This document shows positions 28,678-38,033 of a stretch of DNA of 64,000 nucleotides, one piece after another. Origin of the DNA: Alphaproteobacteria bacterium (GTDB lineage: Bacteria > Pseudomonadota > Alphaproteobacteria > UBA828); contig CBDCQT010000012.1 of NCBI GenBank assembly GCA_965220745.1, positions 224,001 to 288,000 on the forward strand, read 5' to 3'. The notes under the pieces are model-generated. The model saw only the letters and a program-made list of their open reading frames with translations. It searched no databases and was not told where the DNA came from. The translations under genes and the position numbers were made by a program. Positions within the stretch are counted from its first letter, which is position 1, and the number at the start of each line of letters is the position of its first letter.

Positions 28678-28718
28678 GCGCGCGCGCCTCTCCCTTCGCA
28701 TCCGAGCGGCCTGACCTC

Positions 28719-30212
28719 ATGCAGATCGGTGAGTACATCCGGCGCGCTGGCGCCATGTACGGCGAGGCGCTGGCGCTGACCGAAGGCGCACGCACGCTGA
28801 GCTTCCGCGAGTTCGATGCGGCGACGGATCGGCTCGGCAACGCGCTGCTGGCGCAGGGCTTCGAGCCGGGCGACCGCGTCGGCGTGCTGCTGCCCAACGG
28901 GATCGATTGTCTGATCGCTTACTACGCGCTCGCCAAGTGCGGCCTCGTGCGGGTCTCGCTCAACGTCCGCGAGACAGCGTCGGACCACCGCTACAAGCTC
29001 GGCGACAGCGGCGCGCGCGGCCTCATCCACGACGATGTCGACGATGCCGAGGGCTTCGGCGCGCCGATGGTCTATGGCCGCGAGGCGCTGCGCCGCCTCA
29101 TCGACGACGGAGCGTCCGGCGCCTGCCGAGTGGACCGCGACCTTGAGGCCCCCTTTCGCCTGGGCTTTACCGGCGGAACCACCGGCGCGCCCAAGGCGGT
29201 CACGCTGACCACGCTGGGCGAGACCGCGGAACTCGCGGCCTTTCTCATGGACCTGGTGCCTGATCTCGCACCGGGCGACCGCTTCCTCCACGCCGCTCCC
29301 ATCGCGCACGCGTCAGGCGCTTTCTTCCTGCCCTCCCTGGTGCGGGGTGTGCACCAGCTGATCATGCCGCACTTCGACGCCGCCGGCCTCATCACGATGG
29401 CGGCGAAGGCGCGCGCGACCCACACGTTTCTGGTGCCGACCATGCTGGCCATGATCATGGAGGAGCCCGCGCTGGAGACCGCCGACCTCGGCTTCAAGCG
29501 CATCTGCTACGGCGCCTCGCCGATCGCGCCGAGCCTCTTGGAGCGTGCCATGGCCCGCTTCGGCCCGGTCTTCGCACAGACCTACGGTCAGGCGGAATCC
29601 CCCATGGTGATCACCTTCCTCCGGCCGGAAGACCACGACCGCGTGGGCTCGTGCGGGCGGCCCTATACCACCGTCGACGTGGCAATCTTCGACGATGACG
29701 ACAGGCCGGTGCCCGCCGGCGAGCAGGGCGAGATCGTCTGCCGCGGCACCCAGCTCATGGCCCGTTACTGGAACCGCCCGGAAGAGACCGCCAAGGCTTT
29801 CCACAACGGTTGGCTCCATACCGGCGACATCGGTCGCATGGACGAGGACGGCTTCGTCTACATTCTCGACCGCAAGAACGACATGCTCATCAGCGGCGGC
29901 TACAATGTCTATCCCCGCGAGATCGAGGATGTGCTGCTGGCCCACGAAGGCGTCGTCGAGGCTGCGGTCGTGGGCTTGCCGGACGAAAAATGGGGCGACC
30001 GCGTCCACGCCGTGGTCGCTGGACGGCCCGGCCTGGACCCGGAGACGGTGCGGCAGTTCTGCCGCGAGAGACTCGCCGGCTACAAGTGCCCGAAGAGCGT
30101 CGAGATCTGGGACGCGCTGCCCAAGAGCGGGGCCGGCAAGCTCCTGCGCCGCGCGGTGCGCGACCGCGTTATCGCCTCCGCCGACGCAACGCCTGAGCGG
30201 CAGAGTGCCTGA
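28719..30212 (+). CDS. AMP-forming acyl-CoA synthetase
   Basis: FTGGTTGAPK, YGQAE, WLHTGD, DRKNDMLISGG, PKSGAGK. Confidence 0.93.
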   Translation: MQIGEYIRRAGAMYGEALALTEGARTLSFREFDAATDRLGNALLAQGFEPGDRVGVLLPNGIDCLIAYYALAKCGLVRVSLNVRETASDHRYKLGDSGARGLIHDDVDDAEGFGAPMVYGREALRRLIDDGASGACRVDRDLEAPFRLGFTGGTTGAPKAVTLTTLGETAELAAFLMDLVPDLAPGDRFLHAAPIAHASGAFFLPSLVRGVHQLIMPHFDAAGLITMAAKARATHTFLVPTMLAMIMEEPALETADLGFKRICYGASPIAPSLLERAMARFGPVFAQTYGQAESPMVITFLRPEDHDRVGSCGRPYTTVDVAIFDDDDRPVPAGEQGEIVCRGTQLMARYWNRPEETAKAFHNGWLHTGDIGRMDEDGFVYILDRKNDMLISGGYNVYPREIEDVLLAHEGVVEAAVVGLPDEKWGDRVHAVVAGRPGLDPETVRQFCRERLAGYKCPKSVEIWDALPKSGAGKLLRRAVRDRVIASADATPERQSA

Positions 30213-30215
30213 GCA

Positions 30216-30818
30216 ATGACCGACGCCTATCTCGTCCTGCACGGCCTCGCGATCAAGAAGCACGCGGATGCTGGTGCGGTCGCCGCCGCGCTTGGACTCG
30301 CCGAAGACGAGGTGCGCGCCATGCTGGAGGATGCAGTGACGAAGGGCCGTGCAGCGTGCGCAGGCGGGGCATATTCGCTCACACCCGTCGCCCGTGTGGC
30401 GCTCGACGGGGCCTATTCCAGGCTGTTCGCCGCGCAACGGACCAATGCAGCCTTCGCCGCTGCCCACGAGCGCTTCGAGGCGATCAATCGAGAGCTCAAG
30501 GCACTGATGACCGCGTGGCAGACCATCGAAATCGATGGCGAGAGCGTGCTAAACGATCACAGCAACAAGGACTACGACGACCGCCTGATCGACCGCCTCG
30601 GGGCCCTGCACGAGCGGGCCGAGGCGATCCTCCGGCAGCTCGCCGCCGGCCTGCCGCGCCTCGCGATCTACGCGCGCAAGCTGGAAGCCGCGCTGGAAAA
30701 GGCCGAGGACGGTGCCATCGAGTGGGTCAGCGGCGCGAAGATCGAGTCCTATCACACAGTGTGGTTCGAGCTTCACGAGGACCTGCTGCGGATCCTCGGC
30801 CGCACGCGGCAGGAATAG
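30216..30818 (+). CDS. Hypothetical protein with wHTH-like N-terminus (resembles mycobacterial Rv1126c-type partner of short PPDK)
   Basis: C-terminal SYHTVWFELHEDLL motif; stop 2 bp before the PPDK-like start. Confidence 0.75.
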   Translation: MTDAYLVLHGLAIKKHADAGAVAAALGLAEDEVRAMLEDAVTKGRAACAGGAYSLTPVARVALDGAYSRLFAAQRTNAAFAAAHERFEAINRELKALMTAWQTIEIDGESVLNDHSNKDYDDRLIDRLGALHERAEAILRQLAAGLPRLAIYARKLEAALEKAEDGAIEWVSGAKIESYHTVWFELHEDLLRILGRTRQE

Positions 30819-30820
30819 GC

Positions 30821-32581
30821 ATGGGTGCGTTTGACTGCTGGGTCCTCCCCCTCGATCGCGCCGCGCTGCCCGACCGCGCGCTCATCGGCGGCAAGGCATG
30901 GGGCATCGCCGTCATGCGCCACGCGGGCCTGCCGGTGCCGCCCGCCTTCGTCGTGACGACAGAGGCCTGCCGCGCCTATCTCGCGGAAGGCGCGCTGCCG
31001 GAGGGTCTCCTCGACGAGCTGCACGCCGGCATCACCATGCTTGAGACCGAGACCGGGCGTCGCTTCGGCGTGCCCGAGCGCCCGCTGCTGCTGGCCGTTC
31101 GCTCCGGCGCCGCCGTCAGCATGCCGGGCATGCTGGACACGGTGCTCAACCTGGGAATGAGCGAAGAGATCGAGGCGGCTCTAGCGCGGGAAAGCGGCGA
31201 CGCCGCCTTTGCCCGTGACACGCATCGGCGCTTCCACGAGATGTACGAGCGCACCGTGCTCAAGGCGGGGATCGACGGGCTCGCGCCCGAAGGATCCGTC
31301 GAAAATTGGCGCGCCGCCGTGGCGGCGGCTGGGGCCACGGGCAACGTGCCAACGGACCCGCGCGATCAGCTTTTAGGCGCGGTCAGCGCCGTCTTCGACT
31401 CCTGGAACGGCCGGCGCGCGCGGCGCTATCGCAAGCATCACGGGCTGTCCGACGACGCGGGCACTGCCGTCACAGTTCAGGCCATGGTGTTCGGCAACCT
31501 CGGCGAGAACAGCGGGACCGGCGTCCTCTTCAGCCGCAATCCACTCAGCGGGGCGCCCGAGCCATACGGCGAATACCTTGCCCGTGCCCAGGGCGAGGAC
31601 GTGGTCTCCGGCCAGCGGACGCCACAGGGACTGGATGCGCTGGCGTCGTCCCTGCCAGACGCGCACGCCGCCCTGATCGACGCCGCGCGCAAGCTCGAAA
31701 CCCTGAACCGGGATGTGCAGGACATCGAATTCTCGGTACAAGATGGCACGCTCTACCTGCTACAGACTCGCACCGCCGCGCGGGCCCCCGCCGCGGCCGT
31801 CCGCATCGCGGTCGATCTGGTGAACGAGGGAACCATTTCCACCGACGAGGCTCTCGCCCGCGTTAGTGCGAACCAGGTCCGCGCGCTGCTCATGCCGCGC
31901 CTTGCTGATGGCGCCGCCGAGACCGCCCCTCTTCTCGCGGAGGGAGAGGGCGCGAGCCCCGGCGTCGGCATTGGCGCGGCCGTGCTGGACGCCGATGCGG
32001 CCGAAGCCCGTGGTGCGGCTGGCGAGGACGTGGTGCTGGTGCGCCCGACCACCAGCCCGGAGGACGTGCACGGCATGGTCGCCGCCCGCGCCGTCGTGAC
32101 GGCGACCGGTGGTGCGACCTCTCACGCCGCCGTGGTCAGTCGCTCCCTCGGCGTCCCCTGCGTCGTCGGCTGCGGCGAAGGCGTGGGCGCAGCGCTCGCG
32201 GGCAGGGAAGTGACGGTGGACGGCAAGGCGGGACGGGTGTTCGACGGCGCATTGCCAGTGAGCGCACCCGCGGAGACGGACGATCCGCTCCTGTGCCGGA
32301 TCGCGGACTGGGCTCGCGCGGCCACGCCGCTCGCGGTCTACCGTGCAGATGAGGCAGCGCCCAGCGACGCGCTCGAACTCGACCGCCTGCCGGGCGGCGA
32401 AGACCCCGAGAGGTTGCCGGGACTGTTGCGGGGGGTATCGGCTGCCAGCGGCGGCGCACTCGCCAGCGATGCGGGCGTCGCGGCCGCCGTCGCCGCCGGC
32501 CTCGACTTCATCGTCGTCCGCCACGCCCTGCCGGCACTGCTCGCGGCCTGTGGCGCTGCGCGCGCGGAGCCGCCCGCATGA
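30821..32581 (+). CDS. Short pyruvate phosphate dikinase-like protein (ATP-grasp plus phospho-His domains, no pyruvate-binding barrel), 586 aa
   Basis: GGKA, RSGAAVSMPGMLDTVLNLG, VQAMVFGN, SGTGVLFSRNP, QGEDVVSG, QDIEF, LLQTR, TSPEDVHGM, GGATSHAAVVSR. Only about 120 aa follow the His domain. Confidence 0.9.
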   Translation: MGAFDCWVLPLDRAALPDRALIGGKAWGIAVMRHAGLPVPPAFVVTTEACRAYLAEGALPEGLLDELHAGITMLETETGRRFGVPERPLLLAVRSGAAVSMPGMLDTVLNLGMSEEIEAALARESGDAAFARDTHRRFHEMYERTVLKAGIDGLAPEGSVENWRAAVAAAGATGNVPTDPRDQLLGAVSAVFDSWNGRRARRYRKHHGLSDDAGTAVTVQAMVFGNLGENSGTGVLFSRNPLSGAPEPYGEYLARAQGEDVVSGQRTPQGLDALASSLPDAHAALIDAARKLETLNRDVQDIEFSVQDGTLYLLQTRTAARAPAAAVRIAVDLVNEGTISTDEALARVSANQVRALLMPRLADGAAETAPLLAEGEGASPGVGIGAAVLDADAAEARGAAGEDVVLVRPTTSPEDVHGMVAARAVVTATGGATSHAAVVSRSLGVPCVVGCGEGVGAALAGREVTVDGKAGRVFDGALPVSAPAETDDPLLCRIADWARAATPLAVYRADEAAPSDALELDRLPGGEDPERLPGLLRGVSAASGGALASDAGVAAAVAAGLDFIVVRHALPALLAACGAARAEPPA

Positions 32582-33069
32582 GCATCGACCGCAAGGAGGT
32601 CGAGGCGCTGATCCGCCTCTTCGAGCGCTCGGACTGGCACGAGCTCCGGCTCGAGACCGACGGCTTGAAGCTGGTGCTGTCGAAGGACGCTGATGCGGCC
32701 CCGATCGACTTGGCGGCGGAGGCTGCAGGAGCTTCGGCGGAGCAAGCCCAGCCGGACCCGGGACTCGACGCAACGACCGACGGGTACGACCCAATGCCGG
32801 CCGACGGGCTGGTGCCGATCACCGCGCCTAATCTCGGCACCTTCTATCGCGCACCCAAGCCGGGAGTCGCGCCCTACGTGGAGGTCGGCCAGCAGATCGG
32901 CGAAGCGACCGAAGTGTGCCTGATCGAGGTGATGAAGCTGTTCACGCCGGTGCGGGCCGGGATCAGCGGCCGCATCGCCAAAGCCTGCGTCGAGGACGGT
33001 GAGATGGTGGAGTTCGGCGTGCCGCTGTTTCTGGTCGAGCCGGAGGCAGAGACGGCCGAGCCTGCGTGA
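32578..33069 (+). CDS. Biotin carboxyl carrier protein
   Basis: APNLGTFYRAP, IEVMKLF (biotinylated Lys), VEFGVPLF. Confidence 0.92.
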   Translation: MSIDRKEVEALIRLFERSDWHELRLETDGLKLVLSKDADAAPIDLAAEAAGASAEQAQPDPGLDATTDGYDPMPADGLVPITAPNLGTFYRAPKPGVAPYVEVGQQIGEATEVCLIEVMKLFTPVRAGISGRIAKACVEDGEMVEFGVPLFLVEPEAETAEPA

Positions 33070-34427
33070 TGGCCCTCTCGCGGGTCTTCGTCGCCAACAG
33101 GGGCGAGATCGCCGTGCGCATCGTTCGCGCCTGCCGCGCGCTCGGGCTTGAGAGCGTCGTCGGCGTCTCCGACGCGGACCGCGAGAGCCTGGCGGCGGAG
33201 CTCGCGGACCGAGCGGTCGTGCTGGGTCCGGCGCCGGCGCGGGACAGCTATCTCAATGCCAATTTGGTGGTGCACGCGGCGAAGGCGACCGGGTGCGACG
33301 CATTGCATCCGGGCTACGGCTTCCTCTCCGAATCGGCGGCGCTTGCCGGGCTGAGCGAGCGGGAGGAGATCGCGTTCGTCGGACCGCGGGCCGAGACCAT
33401 CGAGCGGCTCGGCGACAAGCTCGCCGCCCGCGCTATCGCGGCCGAGGCGGGCGTTCCCATCGTCCCCGGTTCGGGTGAAATCCGCTCGGCGGCAGACGCC
33501 AGCAGGTTCGCCGCCTCCGCAGGCTATCCGGTGCTGTTGAAGGCGAGTGCCGGCGGCGGCGGGCGGGGCATGTTCGTTGCGCGAACGGACGCAGACATCA
33601 ACGACGGCTTCGAGCGCGCATCTGCGGAGGCCGAGGCTGCCTTCGGCGATGGGGCGCTCTTCGTCGAGCGCTTCGTCGAGGACGCGCGCCATGTCGAGGT
33701 GCAGATCATGGGGGACGGCGCCGGCGCAGTCGTCCACTTCGGCGAGCGCGACTGCTCGGTGCAGCGCCGCTTTCAGAAAATGGTGGAGGAAGCGCCGGCG
33801 GCGGCGCTGCCGGCCGAGGCGCGCGCGCAGATTCACGATGCGGCCTGCCGTCTCGCGCGGCACCTCGATTACCGAAGCGCGGGCACGGTGGAGTTCCTCT
33901 ACGATGTCGCGCGAGAGGAGGCCTATTTCATCGAGGCCAATGTCCGTATTCAGGTGGAGCATCCGGTGACAGAGGAAGTCACCGGCATCGACCTGATCGA
34001 GGAGCAGCTGCGCATCGCAAGCGGCGGCGGGCTCAGCGTCGCGCAAGAGGACATCGCGCTGAGCGGCCACGCCATCGAATGCCGAATCAACGCCGAGGCG
34101 CCGGAGCGGGACTTTGCGCCATCGCCCGGCCTGATCGACGCCTGGTGCCCGCCGAAGGGCCAGGGCATCCGCATCGACAGCCATTGCCGCGCGGGCGCCT
34201 TCGTGCCCCCCTTCTACGACAGCATGATCGCCAAGCTGATCGTGCGCGCCGACGATCGCGCCGAGGCGGTGATCCGCATGGGCGGTGCGTTGGAGAAGTT
34301 TCGGATCGACGGGATCGACACGAACCTTGCCTTCCAGGCGCGCCTGGTGCGGCACCCCGACTTCACGGCCAACAGACTCAACACACGCTGGCTGGAGGAT
34401 GTCTTCATGCCCTCGCTGGCGTCCTGA
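33066..34427 (+). CDS. Biotin carboxylase subunit
   Basis: ANRGEIAVR, HPGYGFLSE, GGGGRGM, RDCSVQRR, RIQVEHPVTE, YDSMIAK. Confidence 0.95.
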   Translation: MMALSRVFVANRGEIAVRIVRACRALGLESVVGVSDADRESLAAELADRAVVLGPAPARDSYLNANLVVHAAKATGCDALHPGYGFLSESAALAGLSEREEIAFVGPRAETIERLGDKLAARAIAAEAGVPIVPGSGEIRSAADASRFAASAGYPVLLKASAGGGGRGMFVARTDADINDGFERASAEAEAAFGDGALFVERFVEDARHVEVQIMGDGAGAVVHFGERDCSVQRRFQKMVEEAPAAALPAEARAQIHDAACRLARHLDYRSAGTVEFLYDVAREEAYFIEANVRIQVEHPVTEEVTGIDLIEEQLRIASGGGLSVAQEDIALSGHAIECRINAEAPERDFAPSPGLIDAWCPPKGQGIRIDSHCRAGAFVPPFYDSMIAKLIVRADDRAEAVIRMGGALEKFRIDGIDTNLAFQARLVRHPDFTANRLNTRWLEDVFMPSLAS

Positions 34428-34438
34428 GGGGAGCAACG

Positions 34439-35899
34439 ATGGCGCACATCGAGTTCCTCGACGAGACCATGCGCGACGGGCAGCAGAGCCTGTGGGGCAT
34501 GCGCATGCAGGCCGGCATGGCGCTCCCCATTGCCCCGGTGATCGACCGCGTGGGCTACCGCGTAGTGGACCTCACCGGATCGAGCCTCTTCGAGGTGCTG
34601 ATCCGCCACTGCCGCGAGAACCCGTGGGAGGGGCTCGACCTCTTGGTCGACGCCATGCCCAACAGCACGATCCGGGGCGGCATGCGCAGCAACGCGAGCG
34701 TCACCTTCGGCGTCACGCCCGATGCGTTGATGGACGTCTGGATGCGGCAGCTCTGCGTGCACGGCTGCCGCAGCTTCTGGATTTACGACGTGCTCTTCAA
34801 CATCGACAAGACGCACCGCCTCGCCAGTGTGGCCAAGGAGTTCGGCGCGGAGGTGACAGGCGCCATCATGTTCACGCTGAGCCCTGTGCATACCGACGAC
34901 TACTACGCCGATAAGGTAGACAAGCTCTCGGCCTCGCCGGATATCGACACCATCCTGCTTTACGACACTGGCGGCGTGCTGGAGCCTGACCGCATGCGCA
35001 CGCTGGTGCCGGCGATCATGGCGAAGGCGCGCGGCAAGCCCATCGAGTTCCACTCGAATAACCTCCTGGGTGCCTCCGGCCGCGCCTACGTGGAGGCGAT
35101 CGAGCTCGGCATCCGCATCCTGCACACCGCGTGCGGGCCGATGGCGAACGGGCCCTCGGTGCCCTCGGTCGAGGTGATGACGCGGAACGTCGAGCATCTC
35201 GGCCACACCCACAACATCGACCGCGCGCTGCTGCCCGAGATCGCCGAGCACTTCGAGCGCGTTGCCGCGGCGGCCGGCTTCCCGGTCGGCGTGCCGCAGG
35301 AATACGACCTTTTTTCGGTGCGACATCAGGTGCCGGGCGGGATGATGGGCACGCTCAAGGCGCAGCTCGTCCAGCACGAGATGGCGGACCGGCTCGACGA
35401 CGTGCTGGAGGAGACCGGCCGCGTGCGCCGCGAGCTCGGCTACCCCGGTATGGCGACGCCCTTCTCCCAGCTCGTCGGCACCCTCGCTGTGCTCAACATC
35501 GTCAGCGGCGAGCGCTACGCCGTGATTCCCGACGAGGTGATCCAGTATGCCGGCGGGCACTACGGCGAGCCGGTAGCGCCCATCGACGAAGACGTGCTGG
35601 ACCGGATCATGGCCGCTCCGCGGGCGCGCGAGGTGCTGGCCGAGCCGCCGGAGCAGCCCACGCTCGCCGAGCTGCGCAAGCGCCACGGCACCGACGATGA
35701 CGACGAGCTGATCCTGCGCGCCTTGGTCCCGGCGGCGGATCTGGAGAGGATGCGGGCCGCTGGCCCGGTGAAGCGGGACTTCCCGATTCTGTCCACGCCG
35801 GAGCTCGAGCACGTGCGCAAACTCATGGCGCTGTCGACCTCGAAGTATGTCGAGGTGCAGACCGCGAAGCTCTCGGTCTCGCTGCGACGGGCGGGCTGA
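34439..35899 (+). CDS. Pyruvate carboxylase subunit B / oxaloacetate decarboxylase alpha-like carboxyltransferase (divergent)
   Basis: DETMRDGQQSLW, HQVPGGMMGTL, GYPGMATPFSQLVG. KDxxG replaced by YDTGG and HxH by HSN. Confidence 0.88.
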   Translation: MAHIEFLDETMRDGQQSLWGMRMQAGMALPIAPVIDRVGYRVVDLTGSSLFEVLIRHCRENPWEGLDLLVDAMPNSTIRGGMRSNASVTFGVTPDALMDVWMRQLCVHGCRSFWIYDVLFNIDKTHRLASVAKEFGAEVTGAIMFTLSPVHTDDYYADKVDKLSASPDIDTILLYDTGGVLEPDRMRTLVPAIMAKARGKPIEFHSNNLLGASGRAYVEAIELGIRILHTACGPMANGPSVPSVEVMTRNVEHLGHTHNIDRALLPEIAEHFERVAAAAGFPVGVPQEYDLFSVRHQVPGGMMGTLKAQLVQHEMADRLDDVLEETGRVRRELGYPGMATPFSQLVGTLAVLNIVSGERYAVIPDEVIQYAGGHYGEPVAPIDEDVLDRIMAAPRAREVLAEPPEQPTLAELRKRHGTDDDDELILRALVPAADLERMRAAGPVKRDFPILSTPELEHVRKLMALSTSKYVEVQTAKLSVSLRRAG

Positions 35900-35900
35900 C

Positions 35901-37070
35901 GTGCGCCGCGCCCTTGTCGTCGATGTCGTCCGCACCCCCTTCGCCAAGGGGCGCGAAGGGGGCGCGCTGAGCGCGGTTCACCCGGTGGACCTGCTCGCGA
36001 AGACGCTTGAGGGCCTGGTGACGCGCACGGGCATCGACCCCGGCGCGGTCGACGACGTGATTGCGGGTTGCGTCATTCAGGTCGGCGAGCAGGCCGCCAA
36101 CGTCGGCCGCCAGGCCTGGCTCGCCGCGGGCTTCCCCGAGGGTGTTCCCGCCGTCACCATCGACCGGAAGTGCGGCTCGGCCCAGCAGGCCATGGACTTT
36201 GCGGCCCAGGGCGTGATAGCGGGCGCCTACGATCTCGCCGTTGCCTGCGGGGTCGAGATGATGAGTCGCGTGCCGATGGGCAGCAACCGGCGGGGCAAGG
36301 ATCATCTGGGGCCGATGCTGCGCCGGCGCTACGCCGACGGCCTGGTGCACCAGGGCATCTCCGCCGAGCTGATTGCTGCCCACTGGGAACTCGCGCGGAA
36401 GGACCTCGATGCCTACGCGCTCCGCTCGCACCGGCACGCGGCGGCGGCCGAGGATCGCGGGCTGTTCGCCCGCGATATCGTGCCCATCGACGGGACCTCG
36501 ACGGACGAGGGCATCCGCCGCAACACGAGCGCCGAGAGGCTTGCCGCGCTGGAGCCCGCGTTCACAGACGTCAGCACGGGTGTGCGCTTTCCTGAGATCG
36601 GCTGGGTGGTGACGGCGGGGAATTCGAGCCAGGTCTCCGACGGCGCATCGGCGATGTTGATCGCATCGGAAGCGGCGACTGAGCGGCTGGACCTGACGCC
36701 GCGCGCGGCCATCACCCACTTCGCGGTCTGCGGCGACGACCCCGTGCTCATGCTGACCGGGATCATCCCGGCGACGGAAAAGCTGCTGGCGCGGAGCGGC
36801 CGGACCCTCGACGATATCGACTGCTTCGAGGTCAACGAGGCCTTCGCCTCCGTCGTCCTGGCCTGGGCAGAGGCGTTGGGGGCGGACCTCGACCGCGTTA
36901 ACGTCAATGGCGGCGCCATCGCCCTCGGTCATCCCGTCGGCGCCTCCGGCGGCCGGCTCACGGCGAACCTGATCGGCAGCTTGGAGGAAAGCGGCGGCCG
37001 GCTCGGCCTTCAGACCATGTGCGAGAGCGGCGGCATGGCAAACGCGACGCTGATCGAGCGGCTGGGCTGA
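35901..37070 (+). CDS. Thiolase (acetyl-CoA C-acyltransferase)
   Basis: DRKCGSAQQA, NEAFA, GHPVGASG, TMCESGG. GTG start at 35901. Confidence 0.94.
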   Translation: MRRALVVDVVRTPFAKGREGGALSAVHPVDLLAKTLEGLVTRTGIDPGAVDDVIAGCVIQVGEQAANVGRQAWLAAGFPEGVPAVTIDRKCGSAQQAMDFAAQGVIAGAYDLAVACGVEMMSRVPMGSNRRGKDHLGPMLRRRYADGLVHQGISAELIAAHWELARKDLDAYALRSHRHAAAAEDRGLFARDIVPIDGTSTDEGIRRNTSAERLAALEPAFTDVSTGVRFPEIGWVVTAGNSSQVSDGASAMLIASEAATERLDLTPRAAITHFAVCGDDPVLMLTGIIPATEKLLARSGRTLDDIDCFEVNEAFASVVLAWAEALGADLDRVNVNGGAIALGHPVGASGGRLTANLIGSLEESGGRLGLQTMCESGGMANATLIERLG

Positions 37071-37076
37071 AGGCGC

Positions 37077-37817
37077 CTACGCCGCTAGGTAGTGACCGCC
37101 GTTGACGAAGATGGTCTGTCCCTGGACGAACGCGGCCTCCGGGCGCGCGAGGAAGCGAATCACGCTGGTGTAGTCCTCGTCCTGCACGCCGCGCCCGCTC
37201 GGGTTGGTCTCGGCGGCGTGCTTCACGATCTCGTCCGCCCGATCGCCGAACAGCGCCCGCACCGCATCGGTATGGACCACGCCCGGCGCGACGCAGTTGA
37301 TGCGGATGCCGCGCGGCGCGAGCTCGCTTGCGAGATAGCGCACCAGCGATTCCGCGAGTGCTTTGGCGACGCCGATGGCGGCGTAGTTGGGCACCACGGT
37401 GCGTCCGCCCCGGCTTGTGAGGAAGAAAACGGTGCTGCCGCGCACGAGCAGCGGATCGGCCGCCTGCACGAGGTAGAGCAGCGCCGTGCCGTTGAGGTTG
37501 ACGGCGGCGGTGAAGTCGTCCGCGTCGCAGTCGAGCGCGGGCTTGGGAATGGCCCGGACGGCGCAGTGCACGAGCTGATCCAGTCGCTCGACTCGTTCCG
37601 CGACGTGCGCCAGCACGCTCCGCGCGCCCTCCGGCGTCCCGACATCCTGCTTGATCAGATGACAGCGCGCGCCCGCCGATTCGACCAGGGACCGGGCCTC
37701 GCCCGCCGCATCGTCGTCGCCCGCATAGTTGAGAAACACGTCCACGCCCGGTTCGGCGAAGGCGAGCGCAATGGCGCGCCCGATGCCCTTGGTCCCGCCG
37801 GTAATCAGGATCGACAT
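37077..37817 (-). CDS. SDR oxidoreductase, enoyl-thioester reductase (FabL-like) type
   Basis: TGGTKGIG and YAAIGVAK (YxxxxxxK). Start MSILIT at 37817. Confidence 0.85.
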   Translation of the reverse strand: MSILITGGTKGIGRAIALAFAEPGVDVFLNYAGDDDAAGEARSLVESAGARCHLIKQDVGTPEGARSVLAHVAERVERLDQLVHCAVRAIPKPALDCDADDFTAAVNLNGTALLYLVQAADPLLVRGSTVFFLTSRGGRTVVPNYAAIGVAKALAESLVRYLASELAPRGIRINCVAPGVVHTDAVRALFGDRADEIVKHAAETNPSGRGVQDEDYTSVIRFLARPEAAFVQGQTIFVNGGHYLAA

Positions 37818-38033
37818 GACGCCCTCGCTCCACGCTGCACCTTCGGACAAGCCGTCCATAAGTGCTTGATGCTACCACGCAATAGTATCGACTGCGCTGC
37901 TTGACGGAGGCCCTTCCGTCGATAGACTTCCGCCCTCTCGGCGAGTCGCTCAAGACCATCCCGCTGGTGGCGCCCGGCACACTGATCGGGCGCGGCGTGC
38001 GCTGGCGCTGGACCGCGTGAGGGGATTCGACAC

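Noticed and set aside
30821-32581. Canonical ppdK, or a ppdK pseudogene
   Set aside because: No pyruvate-binding barrel follows in any listed frame. The ORF ends cleanly with an ATGA overlap into the BCCP gene, so it looks like a naturally short form.
32578-35899. Housekeeping acetyl-CoA carboxylase or pyruvate carboxylase
   Set aside because: No accA/accD, the transferase has altered ligands, and the context is catabolic.
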